From a virus (Duplodnaviria > Caudoviricetes): a stretch of 64,000 nucleotides of DNA. The DNA lies in the IMG/VR virus record IMGVR_UViG_3300025030_001449, positions 1-64,000 of that record; one strand, written 5' to 3'. Below the pieces are notes generated by a model. It was not told where the DNA came from. It did no database searches and worked only from the letters and a program-made list of their open reading frames with translations. Shown here piece by piece: positions 1-10,205 of this stretch; the stretch's first letter is position 1; the number at the start of each line of letters is the position of its first letter. The translations under genes and the position numbers were made by a program.

Positions 1-14
1 TAGATTCAGAAGAA

Positions 15-269
15 ATGATTTCTATAAATGATTTTACAAAAATGATAATTGATATTTCTGGTAAAAATATTAAAATAAAAAACATTCCAGGGCCAGAGGG
101 GGTGAGGGGAAGAAATTCAGATAATAAATTGTATAAAGAAAAAATGAATTGGGTTGTTTCCCAGCCACTAAGAATTGGAATGAAAAAGTTATATGAATGG
201 ATTGAAAAACAAGTACTAGCAAAAGGATTGACAGAAATTATGGAAAAACATGATTTTAAAATTATTTAA
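15..269 (+). CDS. C-terminal part of NDP-sugar epimerase (GDP-mannose 3,5-epimerase-like), truncated by window edge
   Basis: IPGPEGVRGRNSDN motif typical of GME-like SDR epimerases; frame continues upstream of window. Confidence 0.75.
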   Translation: MISINDFTKMIIDISGKNIKIKNIPGPEGVRGRNSDNKLYKEKMNWVVSQPLRIGMKKLYEWIEKQVLAKGLTEIMEKHDFKII

Positions 270-1307
270 ATGGCACTAGCAGAATATTATTTTGAAAGAA
301 TAAATAAGCAATTAAAAACAGATAATTTTGTTTTTCCTCCAAGTGTAGAAATAGATTTAACAAATAAATGTTATCAAAATTGTTATTATTGCAATGTTCA
401 TGATTTTAGAAAAAATTTTCCTGATGTTGGTACAAAAAAAGATTATTTAAATTTAATTGATGAAATATCAAAAGAAGATTGTTATGATATAACTTATGCC
501 GGTGGTGGAGAACCATTGGCAAATAAAGATGCAAATGAGATATTTAATTATTCTTTAGATAAGGGATTTAAAATTGGTATTATTACTAATGGAATGGGAA
601 TTGATAAATTAACTTTTACAAAGGAAAAAAGACCTGATTGGATTGGTATTGATATTGACACTGTTGATGAAGAACTTTATTTTAAAATAAGAAAAGGAAA
701 TTTAAAAAAAGTTTTAAATGGAATTGATAAAGTAATGTCAGATTTTAAATCGTATGGAACAGAAATGACTTTTAAATGTCTTGTAACTGATTATAATAAT
801 GAAAATAAATATTTTAAAGAATCGATAGAGTTAGCTAGTAAAATGGGATTTGATATGTTTTTTGTTAGAGTTACACATTTTAAAAATGGACATATTATCC
901 AACCAGAAACAACTTGGGATGATTTGGAAAAATATTTGAAAGAACAATGTGAAAAAAATAATATAAGATTGGGATGTTCCTTTGAAAAAGAAAAAAATTT
1001 TCTTGTTAATAAAAATAAATTTATTGAAAAATGTTTTGGACCCATGTTATCACTTATATTTGCTGCTGATGGAAAAATTTATTGGTGTACGGAATATAGG
1101 GGAGTAAAAGAATATGAAATGGGTGATTGGCTAAAAAATGGTTTAAAAGAATTATATTCAAATAATTATGTTAAAATAATGAAAGAATTTGATAAGTGTC
1201 ATAAATGTTCTCATCAATGTAGATTTTATAAAAATTTTAAATTTATTGATAAAATAACTGATGGTTTGGAATATGAAGATGCTGGGCATATAACTGGATT
1301 TTTTTAA
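270..1307 (+). CDS. radical SAM / SPASM-domain protein
   Basis: CYQNCYYC (CxxxCxxC), GGGEP, ITNG; C-terminal C...DGKIYWC...CxxC...C. Confidence 0.85.
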   Translation: MALAEYYFERINKQLKTDNFVFPPSVEIDLTNKCYQNCYYCNVHDFRKNFPDVGTKKDYLNLIDEISKEDCYDITYAGGGEPLANKDANEIFNYSLDKGFKIGIITNGMGIDKLTFTKEKRPDWIGIDIDTVDEELYFKIRKGNLKKVLNGIDKVMSDFKSYGTEMTFKCLVTDYNNENKYFKESIELASKMGFDMFFVRVTHFKNGHIIQPETTWDDLEKYLKEQCEKNNIRLGCSFEKEKNFLVNKNKFIEKCFGPMLSLIFAADGKIYWCTEYRGVKEYEMGDWLKNGLKELYSNNYVKIMKEFDKCHKCSHQCRFYKNFKFIDKITDGLEYEDAGHITGFF

Positions 1308-1325
1308 TTTAAAAAATAATAAATT

Positions 1326-2024
1326 ATGAAAAAAATATTAACATCTGGTACAGGAATGGATAAATGGAATCAGGAAAAAGAGAAATTTAATTATGTTTTA
1401 GAAAAATATAATTTAAAAGATGCTTGGGATATTGTTGATCTTTTTGAGAAAAAAATAGCAGAATATTCTGGAAGTAAGTATGCGGTTTCAGTAGATAATT
1501 GTACTAATGCATTATTTCTATGTTTAAAATATTTAAAATATACTGGCGAAGTTATAATTCCTTCAAGAACATATATTTCAGTTCCATGTACAATAATACA
1601 TGTAGGATGTAAAGTTAAATTTGAAGATAGAGAATGGTCTGGAGTATATCAATTAAAACCATTGCCAATTTATGATGGGGCAGTAAGATTTAAAAAAGGA
1701 ATGTATAAAAAAGATACGTTTCATTGTTTATCTTTTCATATAAGAAAACATTTGCCAATTGGTAAGGGTGGAATGATATTAACAGATGATAAAGAAGCAT
1801 ATAAATGGTTTAAAATTGCAAGATATGAAGGAAGGCATCAAGAAATACCTTATAAAGATGATAAAATTGATATGATTGGATGGAATATGTATATGACACC
1901 AGAACAAGCAGCAAAAGGAATTGAGTTATTTGAAAGAATTGAAGATTATAATGATGATCAAGATTCTTCAGAAACCTGTAGGGATTTGTCAAAATTTAAA
2001 ATATATGAAAGATCCAATAGATAA
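1326..2024 (+). CDS. DegT/DnrJ/EryC1/StrS-family sugar aminotransferase (short form)
   Basis: FEKKIAEY..YAVSVDNCTNAL, LSFHIRKHLPIGKGGMILTD (PLP-Lys region). Confidence 0.85.
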   Translation: MKKILTSGTGMDKWNQEKEKFNYVLEKYNLKDAWDIVDLFEKKIAEYSGSKYAVSVDNCTNALFLCLKYLKYTGEVIIPSRTYISVPCTIIHVGCKVKFEDREWSGVYQLKPLPIYDGAVRFKKGMYKKDTFHCLSFHIRKHLPIGKGGMILTDDKEAYKWFKIARYEGRHQEIPYKDDKIDMIGWNMYMTPEQAAKGIELFERIEDYNDDQDSSETCRDLSKFKIYERSNR

Positions 2025-2157
2025 GTGGTGGTTTAAAATTTTAGACTTAAATAAAAATAAAAAAATTGATTGGTGGGAATATTTAAGTTTTTTATCTCAT
2101 GTTATTGTTTTAACTTCATTTTTTATTGGGTTTATAATTTTATTATCTAAGTGTTAA
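2005..2157 (+). CDS. small membrane protein with EF-hand-like loop
   Basis: ATG at 2005; DLNKNKKIDWWE followed by a hydrophobic helix. Confidence 0.45.
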   Translation: MKDPIDKWWFKILDLNKNKKIDWWEYLSFLSHVIVLTSFFIGFIILLSKC

Positions 2158-2175
2158 AAATTAAAAATTAAAAAT

Positions 2176-3216
2176 ATGGATAAAAATAATAGTATGAAAA
2201 AAATTGTAATTTTGGGGGGGTGCGGGTATATTGGAACTCAATTATGTAAATTATATTTGCATGATCAATTTGCTATAAGAAAATATAATATAACTGTAAT
2301 TGATAATAGGTTTTTACCTGAAAGGGTTAAACAACTTAAAAGGTGGGAAATTAATTATATTCAAGGAGATATACTGGATGAACAGTTGATGAAAGAACAA
2401 CTAAAAGACACAGATTATGTTTATCATTTGGCAGGGATAACGGATGTTGCCTATACCAAAACGGAAATTAATGACGAGAAGGATAAAAAAATAACAGAAG
2501 TTGGGACCAAAGGTTCAGAAATAATAATAAATAATATTCCAGATAAATGTAAAATATTATTTCCTTCTTCACATGTTTTATTTGAAGGATTAAAAGAAAC
2601 AACATTTGATATAACGGAAGATAATATAAAACCTTGTCCAGAATTAAGTTATTCAAAATCAAAATATAATACTGAAGAATATTTGAAAAAATCAAATAAA
2701 AATTATATTATATGTAGATTGGGCAGTAATTATGGTTATGGTTTGGATAGTATGAGAATAAATATATTACCGAATTTATTTTCTAAAATGGCATCACAAA
2801 ATAAAACACTTAAATTATTTTCAGGTGGAAAACAGTGGAAATCACTGATTGATGTTAGAGATGTTGCAAGATCGTTTAAATTTTTAATGGAAAATAATGA
2901 TATAAATAAACAAGTATTTAATATTTCAAATGAAAATATGACTGTTAAAGATGTTGCTTATTTATGTAAAAAAATAAAACCAAGTATTAATATTATTGAA
3001 ACGAAAGACGAAATCCCAAATGAAGGATATACAATAAGTTCTTTAAAATTATTGGATTATGGATTTAAGTTTAATTATTCAATAGAAGAGTCACTAAAAG
3101 AAATGATTGAATGTTGGGATTTTGATGATATATACATTGAAAAAGATGAAGAAATGAGAATGTCTAATTATTTACCATTTGATAATAAAAGAAAATATAT
3201 AATAACTTATGAATAA
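2176..3216 (+). CDS. NAD-dependent epimerase/dehydratase (extended SDR)
   Basis: GGCGYIG Rossmann motif, YHLAG, YSKSK (YxxxK). Confidence 0.9.
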   Translation: MDKNNSMKKIVILGGCGYIGTQLCKLYLHDQFAIRKYNITVIDNRFLPERVKQLKRWEINYIQGDILDEQLMKEQLKDTDYVYHLAGITDVAYTKTEINDEKDKKITEVGTKGSEIIINNIPDKCKILFPSSHVLFEGLKETTFDITEDNIKPCPELSYSKSKYNTEEYLKKSNKNYIICRLGSNYGYGLDSMRINILPNLFSKMASQNKTLKLFSGGKQWKSLIDVRDVARSFKFLMENNDINKQVFNISNENMTVKDVAYLCKKIKPSINIIETKDEIPNEGYTISSLKLLDYGFKFNYSIEESLKEMIECWDFDDIYIEKDEEMRMSNYLPFDNKRKYIITYE

Positions 3217-3246
3217 TTATAATAATTATAATAATTATAATAATTA
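3212..3246. repeat. 9-bp tandem repeat (AATAATTAT) x ~4
   Basis: directly visible, overlapping the epimerase stop codon. Confidence 0.85.
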
Positions 3247-3256
3247 AATCATTATA

Positions 3257-4030
3257 ATGGAATTTAAAAATTTATATGAACAATTAGATAGAATGGTTGA
3301 ATTAATTAATTATAGTGATTCTTTTATTGAAGAAGAATATGATGTAATTTATGAAGGACTGATAAGAACTGTATCACTAAATAAAGCAAAAGTATTAATA
3401 CAAAGATTATTTTCAACGTATATGTTATATTGGAGAGATAATATTGAAACTGATGAAACAAATAATACTTTATTAGTTGATATTATAAATTTTGAAAATG
3501 ATAAAGATAAAATTGATTATTTTATTAAATATGTTAATAATTTGGGATATTTTATTTCAATTATATATGTAATGAAAAAAGGAGAAACAAAATTAAAAAA
3601 AGGTATTAAATATGATGAAAATATTTTGAGAACCAATTTAAATAATTATAAAAATATTGAAAAACTTATAGTTGTTTTAGAATCAAAATTTGATATTGAA
3701 GAAGATAATATTCCAGATAAATTATATCATGTTACAAGACAAGATGTTATACATAAAATAAAAAGAATAGGATTAGTACCAAGATCTGAATCAAAAAAAT
3801 CAACACACCCAGAAAGAATATATTTGGGAAAAAAATATTCAGATGTTTATGATATGGCTTATCATTTTAAAAAGGAAAATCCAAATTATAATTATGTAAT
3901 TTTGGAAGTAGATGCTGGTAAAATTAAACATTTAAGATTATTTTATGATCCAAATTATAGGGATTATGGATATTATGTTTTAGTCAATATTCCACCAGAT
4001 GCAATAAAAATATTAAAAGAAAATATATAA
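3257..4030 (+). CDS. putative ADP-ribosyltransferase-fold (Tpt1/KptA-like) protein with acidic N-terminal leader
   Basis: LYHVT...IKRIGLVPR...RIYL...LEVD...IPPDAI pattern. Confidence 0.55.
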   Translation: MEFKNLYEQLDRMVELINYSDSFIEEEYDVIYEGLIRTVSLNKAKVLIQRLFSTYMLYWRDNIETDETNNTLLVDIINFENDKDKIDYFIKYVNNLGYFISIIYVMKKGETKLKKGIKYDENILRTNLNNYKNIEKLIVVLESKFDIEEDNIPDKLYHVTRQDVIHKIKRIGLVPRSESKKSTHPERIYLGKKYSDVYDMAYHFKKENPNYNYVILEVDAGKIKHLRLFYDPNYRDYGYYVLVNIPPDAIKILKENI

Positions 4031-4041
4031 AATTAATTAAA

Positions 4042-4225
4042 ATGAAAGATTGTAATTTAGGCGATTATTTGGAATATGATGGTAAACTTATGAAATGTAT
4101 TGGAGTTAATGATGGGCATAAAGAGGTTATATTGGAATCATTAGAAGATAAATTTTGTACATGTTATTGTACAGAGTAGAAATTTTCAAGATAATGCTAA
4201 GGAATTACAAACAATAAAAATATAA
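4042..4225 (+). pseudogene. small frameshifted or decayed ORF
   Basis: MKDCNLGDYLEYDGKLMKC... stops at ~4179; protein-like text continues in another frame to ~4225. Confidence 0.3.
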
Positions 4226-4230
4226 AAATT

Positions 4231-5964
4231 ATGAAAAATATAGAAAATTTGGAAAAAATAACAAAAGGGAGTAAGATTTTTGAAGATAATAGAGGTAAAA
4301 TTTCCAATTATGAGTTGAGTGAAAAGATAAATTGGGTTGGGATGATAATATCAAAAAAAGGATCAATGAGATCTAATCATTATCATAAAAATTTAACACA
4401 AAATTGTCTTTTAATTTCTGGAAAATATATCAGTTTATTAAAAGATTTAAGGGTTGAAAATTCTCCAATAATAACCCAAGTAATAAATTCTGGTGATTTA
4501 AGTACAATCCCACCGATGGTGGTTCATGTTATGATCTTTTTAGAAGATTCTGTTTTTATTAATTTAGTTAATGGAGAACGCAATCATGAAAATTATGGAA
4601 AAGGAAAAGAACACACTACGCCATATCGATTAATTACAGAAGAACAAAAAGAGGACTTATTAAAAAATTATAAACCAGATTGTAGAATATGTGGTAATGA
4701 TGAAATGAAGATAGTTTTTTCATTGGGGTTAAGTCCATTAGCTAATAATTTATTAGAGACAGGAAGTCAAAAAGATGAATTATTTCCATTAGAGATGTGT
4801 TTTTGTGAAAAATGTTATAATTCTCAACTTACTTATGTTTGCCCACCAAAGAAACTATTTGATAATTATTTGTATTTGAGTTCTACAGGATCATCATTTA
4901 GAAAGCATTTTGAAGATGCTGCGGACAAATATATTAAAGAATTTGATTTAGGTAAAGATAGTTTGGTTGTTGACATAGGTGGGAATGATTCTGTTTTTCT
5001 TCTTCCAATGTCGAAAAAAGGAGTGCAAGTAGTAAATGTTGAACCTGCAACTAATATTGCTAATATGTCTCAAGAAAGGGGAATTCATACAATTAATAAA
5101 TATTTTACTTCCGATGTTGTAAATAAAATTATTAAAGAAAAAGGAATGGCGGATTTAGTAACTGCAAATAATGTATTTGCTCATACTGATAATATCAAAC
5201 AATTAACTTTAGATGTTTTTGAATTATTAAAAGAAGATGGAACATTTATAGTTGAATGTCAATACTTATTAGACACAATAAACCATTTAACATTTGATAA
5301 TATATATCATGAACACGTTTCTTATTTTTCTGTTATGTCATTAAATAATTTTTTTAATAATTTAGGATTAGTTTTATATTGTGTTGAACATATTGATACT
5401 CATGGTGGTTCGATAAGATGTTATATTAAAAGAGATATTAAATATGTTAATAAATTTAATATAGATGGGTTTTTATCACAAGAAAAAAAATTTGGTTTAG
5501 ATAAAGTTGGAACTTATTATAAATTTGCTGAAAAAATAGAACAAAAGAAAGAAAAAATTTTAAAAAATATTAAAAATTTAAAGAGAGAGGGAAAAAGATT
5601 GGTTGGGTTTGGAAGTCCAGCTAAAAGTACAACAGTATTGAATTATTATGGAATTGGTATTGGTTATATAGATACGATTTTAGAGGATAATGAACTAAAA
5701 CATAATAAATTTTTACCTGCTATGAGAATTCCAATTAAATCAAAAAAAGAATTAAATTATGTTCCAGATTATGTTTTAGTATTGGCATGGAATTTTTTTG
5801 ATGAAATTAAGAAAAACAATCAGGATTTAGTAGAAAAAGGAGTACAATTTATAACATTAAATGATTTAGATACTGATAAGTTTTTATTGCCAATCCCCCC
5901 AAAAGAAATAGATGATAGAATAAATGAAGAAGAGGATAATTTTGGTGACCATTCAATATTTTAA
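4231..5964 (+). CDS. cupin (sugar isomerase-like) + NDP-hexose C-methyltransferase fusion
   Basis: DNRG..RSNHYH cupin; CRICG..CEKC Zn site, DIGGND, NNVFAH, FDNIYHEH, THGGSIR, LAWNF. Confidence 0.88.
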   Translation: MKNIENLEKITKGSKIFEDNRGKISNYELSEKINWVGMIISKKGSMRSNHYHKNLTQNCLLISGKYISLLKDLRVENSPIITQVINSGDLSTIPPMVVHVMIFLEDSVFINLVNGERNHENYGKGKEHTTPYRLITEEQKEDLLKNYKPDCRICGNDEMKIVFSLGLSPLANNLLETGSQKDELFPLEMCFCEKCYNSQLTYVCPPKKLFDNYLYLSSTGSSFRKHFEDAADKYIKEFDLGKDSLVVDIGGNDSVFLLPMSKKGVQVVNVEPATNIANMSQERGIHTINKYFTSDVVNKIIKEKGMADLVTANNVFAHTDNIKQLTLDVFELLKEDGTFIVECQYLLDTINHLTFDNIYHEHVSYFSVMSLNNFFNNLGLVLYCVEHIDTHGGSIRCYIKRDIKYVNKFNIDGFLSQEKKFGLDKVGTYYKFAEKIEQKKEKILKNIKNLKREGKRLVGFGSPAKSTTVLNYYGIGIGYIDTILEDNELKHNKFLPAMRIPIKSKKELNYVPDYVLVLAWNFFDEIKKNNQDLVEKGVQFITLNDLDTDKFLLPIPPKEIDDRINEEEDNFGDHSIF

Positions 5965-6003
5965 AAAAAATTAATATAAATTAAACTTTTTCTTTGATTG
6001 ATA

Positions 6004-6011
6004 TATTTATA
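6004..6011 (+). promoter_or_regulatory. putative late promoter TATTTATA (representative of about 20 copies)
   Basis: coding-strand TATTTATA shortly upstream of starts; also 17021, 18891, 20460, 22647, 22657 (+) and many on the - strand. Confidence 0.7.
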
Positions 6012-6051
6012 TGAAAAAGATAAAATTTTCAGTAAATAAAAATATTAAAAT

Positions 6052-6939
6052 ATGGCAAATTTAAAAGTTGGAATTTGTGAAGTCATAGAACGACTTAAAC
6101 TTCTAAGGGGTGATATTAATGGAATGTCCAATAATTCCAGTATTGGGACAGCAAAAACAAATGTTGATAGTTTAATAACACACATAAATACAAATGGTTG
6201 GATGATTAATCCAACCACATCTGCGATAACAGTAACTGAGCAAGTATATTTTCATAGTGGGGGAACCACTGTTGGTGATTTTAGTGTAACTGGGCCAAAA
6301 TCATATTTTTCAGGTTCAACATGGGTATTTTCAGGTTCAGCAACTGGATATCCTAATATAAATTATATTTCAAAAGAAATAAGTCGTCTTGCAGCAGCAA
6401 CAACAGGTTCAACTCAAGGTGGATTTACTGGGACAGTACAAACATTTAGCTCATCTACAGAAAATTGGTTTACAGGATTTACTAATACTGGGGTAACTTC
6501 ATTTTCATATACAGGAATTGGATTCACGGTATTTGTTACTGGTTCTACCTCAACAAATAATAAAGAAGGTTCTGATAACCATGCAGTTATGAGTGGAACT
6601 TGTAGTGGGGTAACAACTCAATGGATAGCATCTTCTGTGGGATTTGAGCAACAATTATTTGAAGGTAGAGATAGGTTAAGCGCATTAAGCAGACAACTTA
6701 CATCAATTCAATCTCAAAAAGGAATTAAATATAGTTTACCACAAATTAAAAAGGATATGGTGGCAGAACTTGATAGAATATCATTTATTATGAGAGAAGG
6801 TTCTAATTGGGGGACATTTCCATTTGATTGTCCTGGAGAAGAAGGAAAATCTCATAGTGAAAAGAGAATTGAAAAAGATTTTAGAAAAGTTGGTGGTGTT
6901 CATTTATCTGCTGGAGATGGCCCACAGACTAGAGGTTAA
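6052..6939 (+). CDS. putative virion protein, S/T/G-rich
   Basis: late-type promoter; many FSGST/FTGT-type motifs. Confidence 0.55.
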   Translation: MANLKVGICEVIERLKLLRGDINGMSNNSSIGTAKTNVDSLITHINTNGWMINPTTSAITVTEQVYFHSGGTTVGDFSVTGPKSYFSGSTWVFSGSATGYPNINYISKEISRLAAATTGSTQGGFTGTVQTFSSSTENWFTGFTNTGVTSFSYTGIGFTVFVTGSTSTNNKEGSDNHAVMSGTCSGVTTQWIASSVGFEQQLFEGRDRLSALSRQLTSIQSQKGIKYSLPQIKKDMVAELDRISFIMREGSNWGTFPFDCPGEEGKSHSEKRIEKDFRKVGGVHLSAGDGPQTRG

Positions 6940-6956
6940 AAATAATTCACTTTTTA

Positions 6957-6988
6957 TTTGGAAATGTCAATTATTTTACTTACCTTTG
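6957..6988 (+). promoter_or_regulatory. Bacteroidota-type housekeeping-sigma promoter (-33 TTTG, -7 TACCTTTG)
   Basis: matches the established TTTG / TAnnTTTG consensus; about 10 related copies in window. Confidence 0.75.
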
Positions 6989-7030
6989 TGTTCTAATTAA
7001 CTTAATATATTAACTTAAAACATAAAAATT

Positions 7031-7447
7031 ATGAAAATAAGATTAAATGAGAGTCAATTAAAAAATGTAATTGAAAATGCGATTAATGGCGATGATTATG
7101 AAGAAACAAAATTATCTCCAGAACAAGAGGAAGAATTATCCTCAATAGAAGTTACTGTTCATTCTATAAAACCCAAATATTGCCATGTTATTACGGATGC
7201 TGAATACGATTATAATGTTTTATCATTGGGTGGCATAAAAAATGTTCCTATTGGAAAAAGGGTTAAAATTATTAATAGTTTGGGGAAAACATATGGGGGT
7301 AGAATACATCCTAAATATGCTAGGATAGGGGGTAGTGGTGTGGTCGAGTATTTTGCCGATAATCAAATAGTTGTGGGTGATATGGTTTGTATTGGATTTG
7401 ATCCAGAAGATCCAGAAAATATTGATGTATTTATTGAAATAAATTAA
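7031..7447 (+). CDS. hypothetical protein with MKIRLNESQL leader
   Basis: leader shared with other genes in window; own promoter. Confidence 0.7.
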   Translation: MKIRLNESQLKNVIENAINGDDYEETKLSPEQEEELSSIEVTVHSIKPKYCHVITDAEYDYNVLSLGGIKNVPIGKRVKIINSLGKTYGGRIHPKYARIGGSGVVEYFADNQIVVGDMVCIGFDPEDPENIDVFIEIN

Positions 7448-7545
7448 ACTTTTTATTTGATTGATACATTTATATTTTAAAATTAATATATAGATGGTTG
7501 CAGGTCTATCTGCAAAACATTACATAAAAGTAAACATGACATATA

Positions 7546-7583
7546 AAGAGACATCCAGATTAGTTGATGTCTCTTATTTTTTT
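7546..7583 (+). terminator. intrinsic terminator
   Basis: AAGAGACATC-loop-GATGTCTCTT stem followed by T-run. Confidence 0.75.
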
Positions 7584-7676
7584 AATAAAAAATATTTTTT
7601 TTAAAACCATTTACTTTTTCAAATATTATATTTATCTTTGTATATTACTAATTTTAAAAAAATTAAACTAAAAAAA

Positions 7677-7973
7677 ATGGCAAAGAAAAAAACAAACAAA
7701 CAAGAAAACCACAATAATGAAGAACATGATAAAAACACATGTCCAGAATGTGGTAAAGAGTCAAAACCGATTGTTGATATGTATGATGGAGAACATTTTA
7801 ATGTTTGGGGAAATAATGACTTTATTAGTATTAACTTTTATTATAATGATGTTACATTAACTTTTCCAGCAGAATTATTCAGTGAACTAAAATCTGAATT
7901 TCAAGTTTTGGGAATGTTACCAATTCCTTATTCTGAAGAAAATGGCTCTATTCCACCCGAAGATTTAAATTAA
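7677..7973 (+). CDS. hypothetical protein (CxxC)
   Basis: start re-assigned to ATG 7677, downstream of TATCTTTG promoter at 7633. Confidence 0.65.
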   Translation: MAKKKTNKQENHNNEEHDKNTCPECGKESKPIVDMYDGEHFNVWGNNDFISINFYYNDVTLTFPAELFSELKSEFQVLGMLPIPYSEENGSIPPEDLN

Positions 7974-7974
7974 T

Positions 7975-9615
7975 ATGAAGGAAATAAAAGAAAAAACACC
8001 TAAATCATTATATAGATGGAGTGGTGGGAAAAGTCGTGCACAATTTAAAATATCTGAATTTATAGATATTCCGCATGATGATTTTAGGGAAGTTTTTTTG
8101 GGTGGTGGCAGTACTTTTTTGTGTAAAGATAAAGTTGAAAATAATTGGTTGAATGACTTAGATCCAATTATATATGATGGATTTTTGGCAATACAGAGAT
8201 ATCCAGATGAATTAATTGAATTAATGAAACAATACACCCCACCAACATTAGAAAAATATAATTACGTAAAAGATAATGAAAATGGTGATTTGATATGGAA
8301 AGGATTTAGAAGTATATATCTTAATAGAACTTCTTTTAATGGTATGATAAAATGTGGTCCAATTGGTGGTAGAGAACAAACAGGAAAATGGGGGGTTGAT
8401 GCTTGTTGGAAGAAACCAGATAATTTAATTCAAAGAGTTAAAAATAATCATGAAAAATTAAAAAATGTTAAAATTACTTGTCTTGATTTTGAAAAAGTTA
8501 TAAGAGAACCTGGGGAAAACGTTTTAATGTTTTTAGATCCACCATACCCAGAAAGAAATAATCTTTATAATATTGGTATGAGTATTGATGATCACAAAAG
8601 ATTAAGAAATTTATTATTAGAAACTCCACATGATTTTCTTTTAACTTATAATGAGTGTCCAGAAATAAAAGAGCTATATAAAAATACAGATAAATTTGTT
8701 ATTTCGGAACAATCATGGACATATTCAATGATGAGTCAATCTAAAGAAGGATGTAGGGTTGGAAAGGAGTTATTCATTATGAATCATAATTTATACAACA
8801 AATATTTAAATAAAAAAGAACTGGAAAAAACAGAACAACAAAAAATTAAAAAAATAATATTGGTAAGGACAATTAATAATGAAGATGGGATACCAGAAGG
8901 GGAAAGTGTTTATGTTGAAAAAGAATATAAAAATTTTTATAAGGGATTTGAATATAAAAATCATTATAAAGAAATAGTACATACGCCTGGAGAACCAGAA
9001 AGAATAAAAATAAAAAAGAAAAATTGTAAAATTGTTGAATATGAACAATATGGTAAGGTTATTAATTTGGAAAGAGAAAATGATAATGATAATGATATGA
9101 CAAAACTAGGACAATATCAGATAGAACATAGAGATGAATTTTATGAACTTTGTAAGGATTATGAAACTGAAACTAAAATAAATTGTGAAAAATGTGATTA
9201 TTTAGAGAAGTACGTAAATAAGGATTTTTGGCCAGATAAGTGTGAAAAATGTGGGGTAATATATAAAAAAGAAGAAAATAATGATTTAAAATTTACTGAT
9301 TGTGAAGAATGTTATTATCAGATTAATTACATGGGTGAGAATAAATGGTCAAATATTTGTGGTAAATGTGGAATAGATATGTCAAAATATAAAGGATTAA
9401 TGGAAATTGAATTAAAAGAAAATAATATATTAATTAATAACAATAAAAATAATAAAATTATGAAAACAAATGACATTGAATTAGAGGGTTATGAAATTAG
9501 TGAAGACATGACCCAAGAAGAGATTGAACAAGAAAAATACATTAAAAAAATCAATCAGGAAATTGATGATACTTTATTAGAAGAAGAAACCGATGAGTTC
9601 GAAGGAGAGTTTTAG
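7975..9615 (+). CDS. Dam/D12-class N6-adenine DNA methyltransferase with Cys-rich and acidic C-terminal extension
   Basis: YRWSGGKS, EVFLGGGS, NDLD, NRTSFNG, FLDPPY, LTYN. Confidence 0.85.
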   Translation: MKEIKEKTPKSLYRWSGGKSRAQFKISEFIDIPHDDFREVFLGGGSTFLCKDKVENNWLNDLDPIIYDGFLAIQRYPDELIELMKQYTPPTLEKYNYVKDNENGDLIWKGFRSIYLNRTSFNGMIKCGPIGGREQTGKWGVDACWKKPDNLIQRVKNNHEKLKNVKITCLDFEKVIREPGENVLMFLDPPYPERNNLYNIGMSIDDHKRLRNLLLETPHDFLLTYNECPEIKELYKNTDKFVISEQSWTYSMMSQSKEGCRVGKELFIMNHNLYNKYLNKKELEKTEQQKIKKIILVRTINNEDGIPEGESVYVEKEYKNFYKGFEYKNHYKEIVHTPGEPERIKIKKKNCKIVEYEQYGKVINLERENDNDNDMTKLGQYQIEHRDEFYELCKDYETETKINCEKCDYLEKYVNKDFWPDKCEKCGVIYKKEENNDLKFTDCEECYYQINYMGENKWSNICGKCGIDMSKYKGLMEIELKENNILINNNKNNKIMKTNDIELEGYEISEDMTQEEIEQEKYIKKINQEIDDTLLEEETDEFEGEF

Positions 9616-9994
9616 AACAAAACAAGTTGAGGGAAAAAATGTAAAGTATTGGGTTTGGTGTAAAATACCAGATGAACATATTTTAACTGAAGAACATATT
9701 GGAAAAAGGGTATATGTTGCAGGATATTTAAAATCTGAAAAATTTATATTAAAGAAAATTCATCATGCTGGAGAAAAATATTGGCCGGAAGATGGGTATG
9801 ATATTGAAGATAAATATACTAAAAGATGTTTTTCAAAACCAGAAGTGAGATTACATCCGTTTGAATATATAAAAAAAAGAGACAAAAAAAAGATTGTGTT
9901 TAAAAAGAAAATTAAAATTGAGGACATTAGTAAAAATATTAAAGATATAAAAAAATTAAAAAGGAAAACTAAAAAGAAAAATGAAAAAAAATAA
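9593..9994 (+). CDS. hypothetical basic protein
   Basis: ORF coupled to neighbours. Confidence 0.6.
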   Translation: MSSKESFRTKQVEGKNVKYWVWCKIPDEHILTEEHIGKRVYVAGYLKSEKFILKKIHHAGEKYWPEDGYDIEDKYTKRCFSKPEVRLHPFEYIKKRDKKKIVFKKKIKIEDISKNIKDIKKLKRKTKKKNEKK

Positions 9995-10166
9995 TAAGCC
10001 AACACCACCATTATCACAAATAATTGCAGAAGGGACTGTTGGTAGTTGTCCTAAATGCGGTTCTACTGAAAGATATAAACATGATTATTATTTTTTTAAG
10101 TTTGGTGGAAAAATTGGTTGTATTCAACCTGAATGTGAAAATTATTGGAAAAAGAATATTGCTTGA
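9981..10166 (+). CDS. small zinc-ribbon protein
   Basis: CPKCGS...CIQPEC. Confidence 0.6.
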   Translation: MKKNNKPTPPLSQIIAEGTVGSCPKCGSTERYKHDYYFFKFGGKIGCIQPECENYWKKNIA

Positions 10167-10205
10167 AAATGAACGACTGGTCAGAAACTAAAACTAAAAA
10201 GAAAA

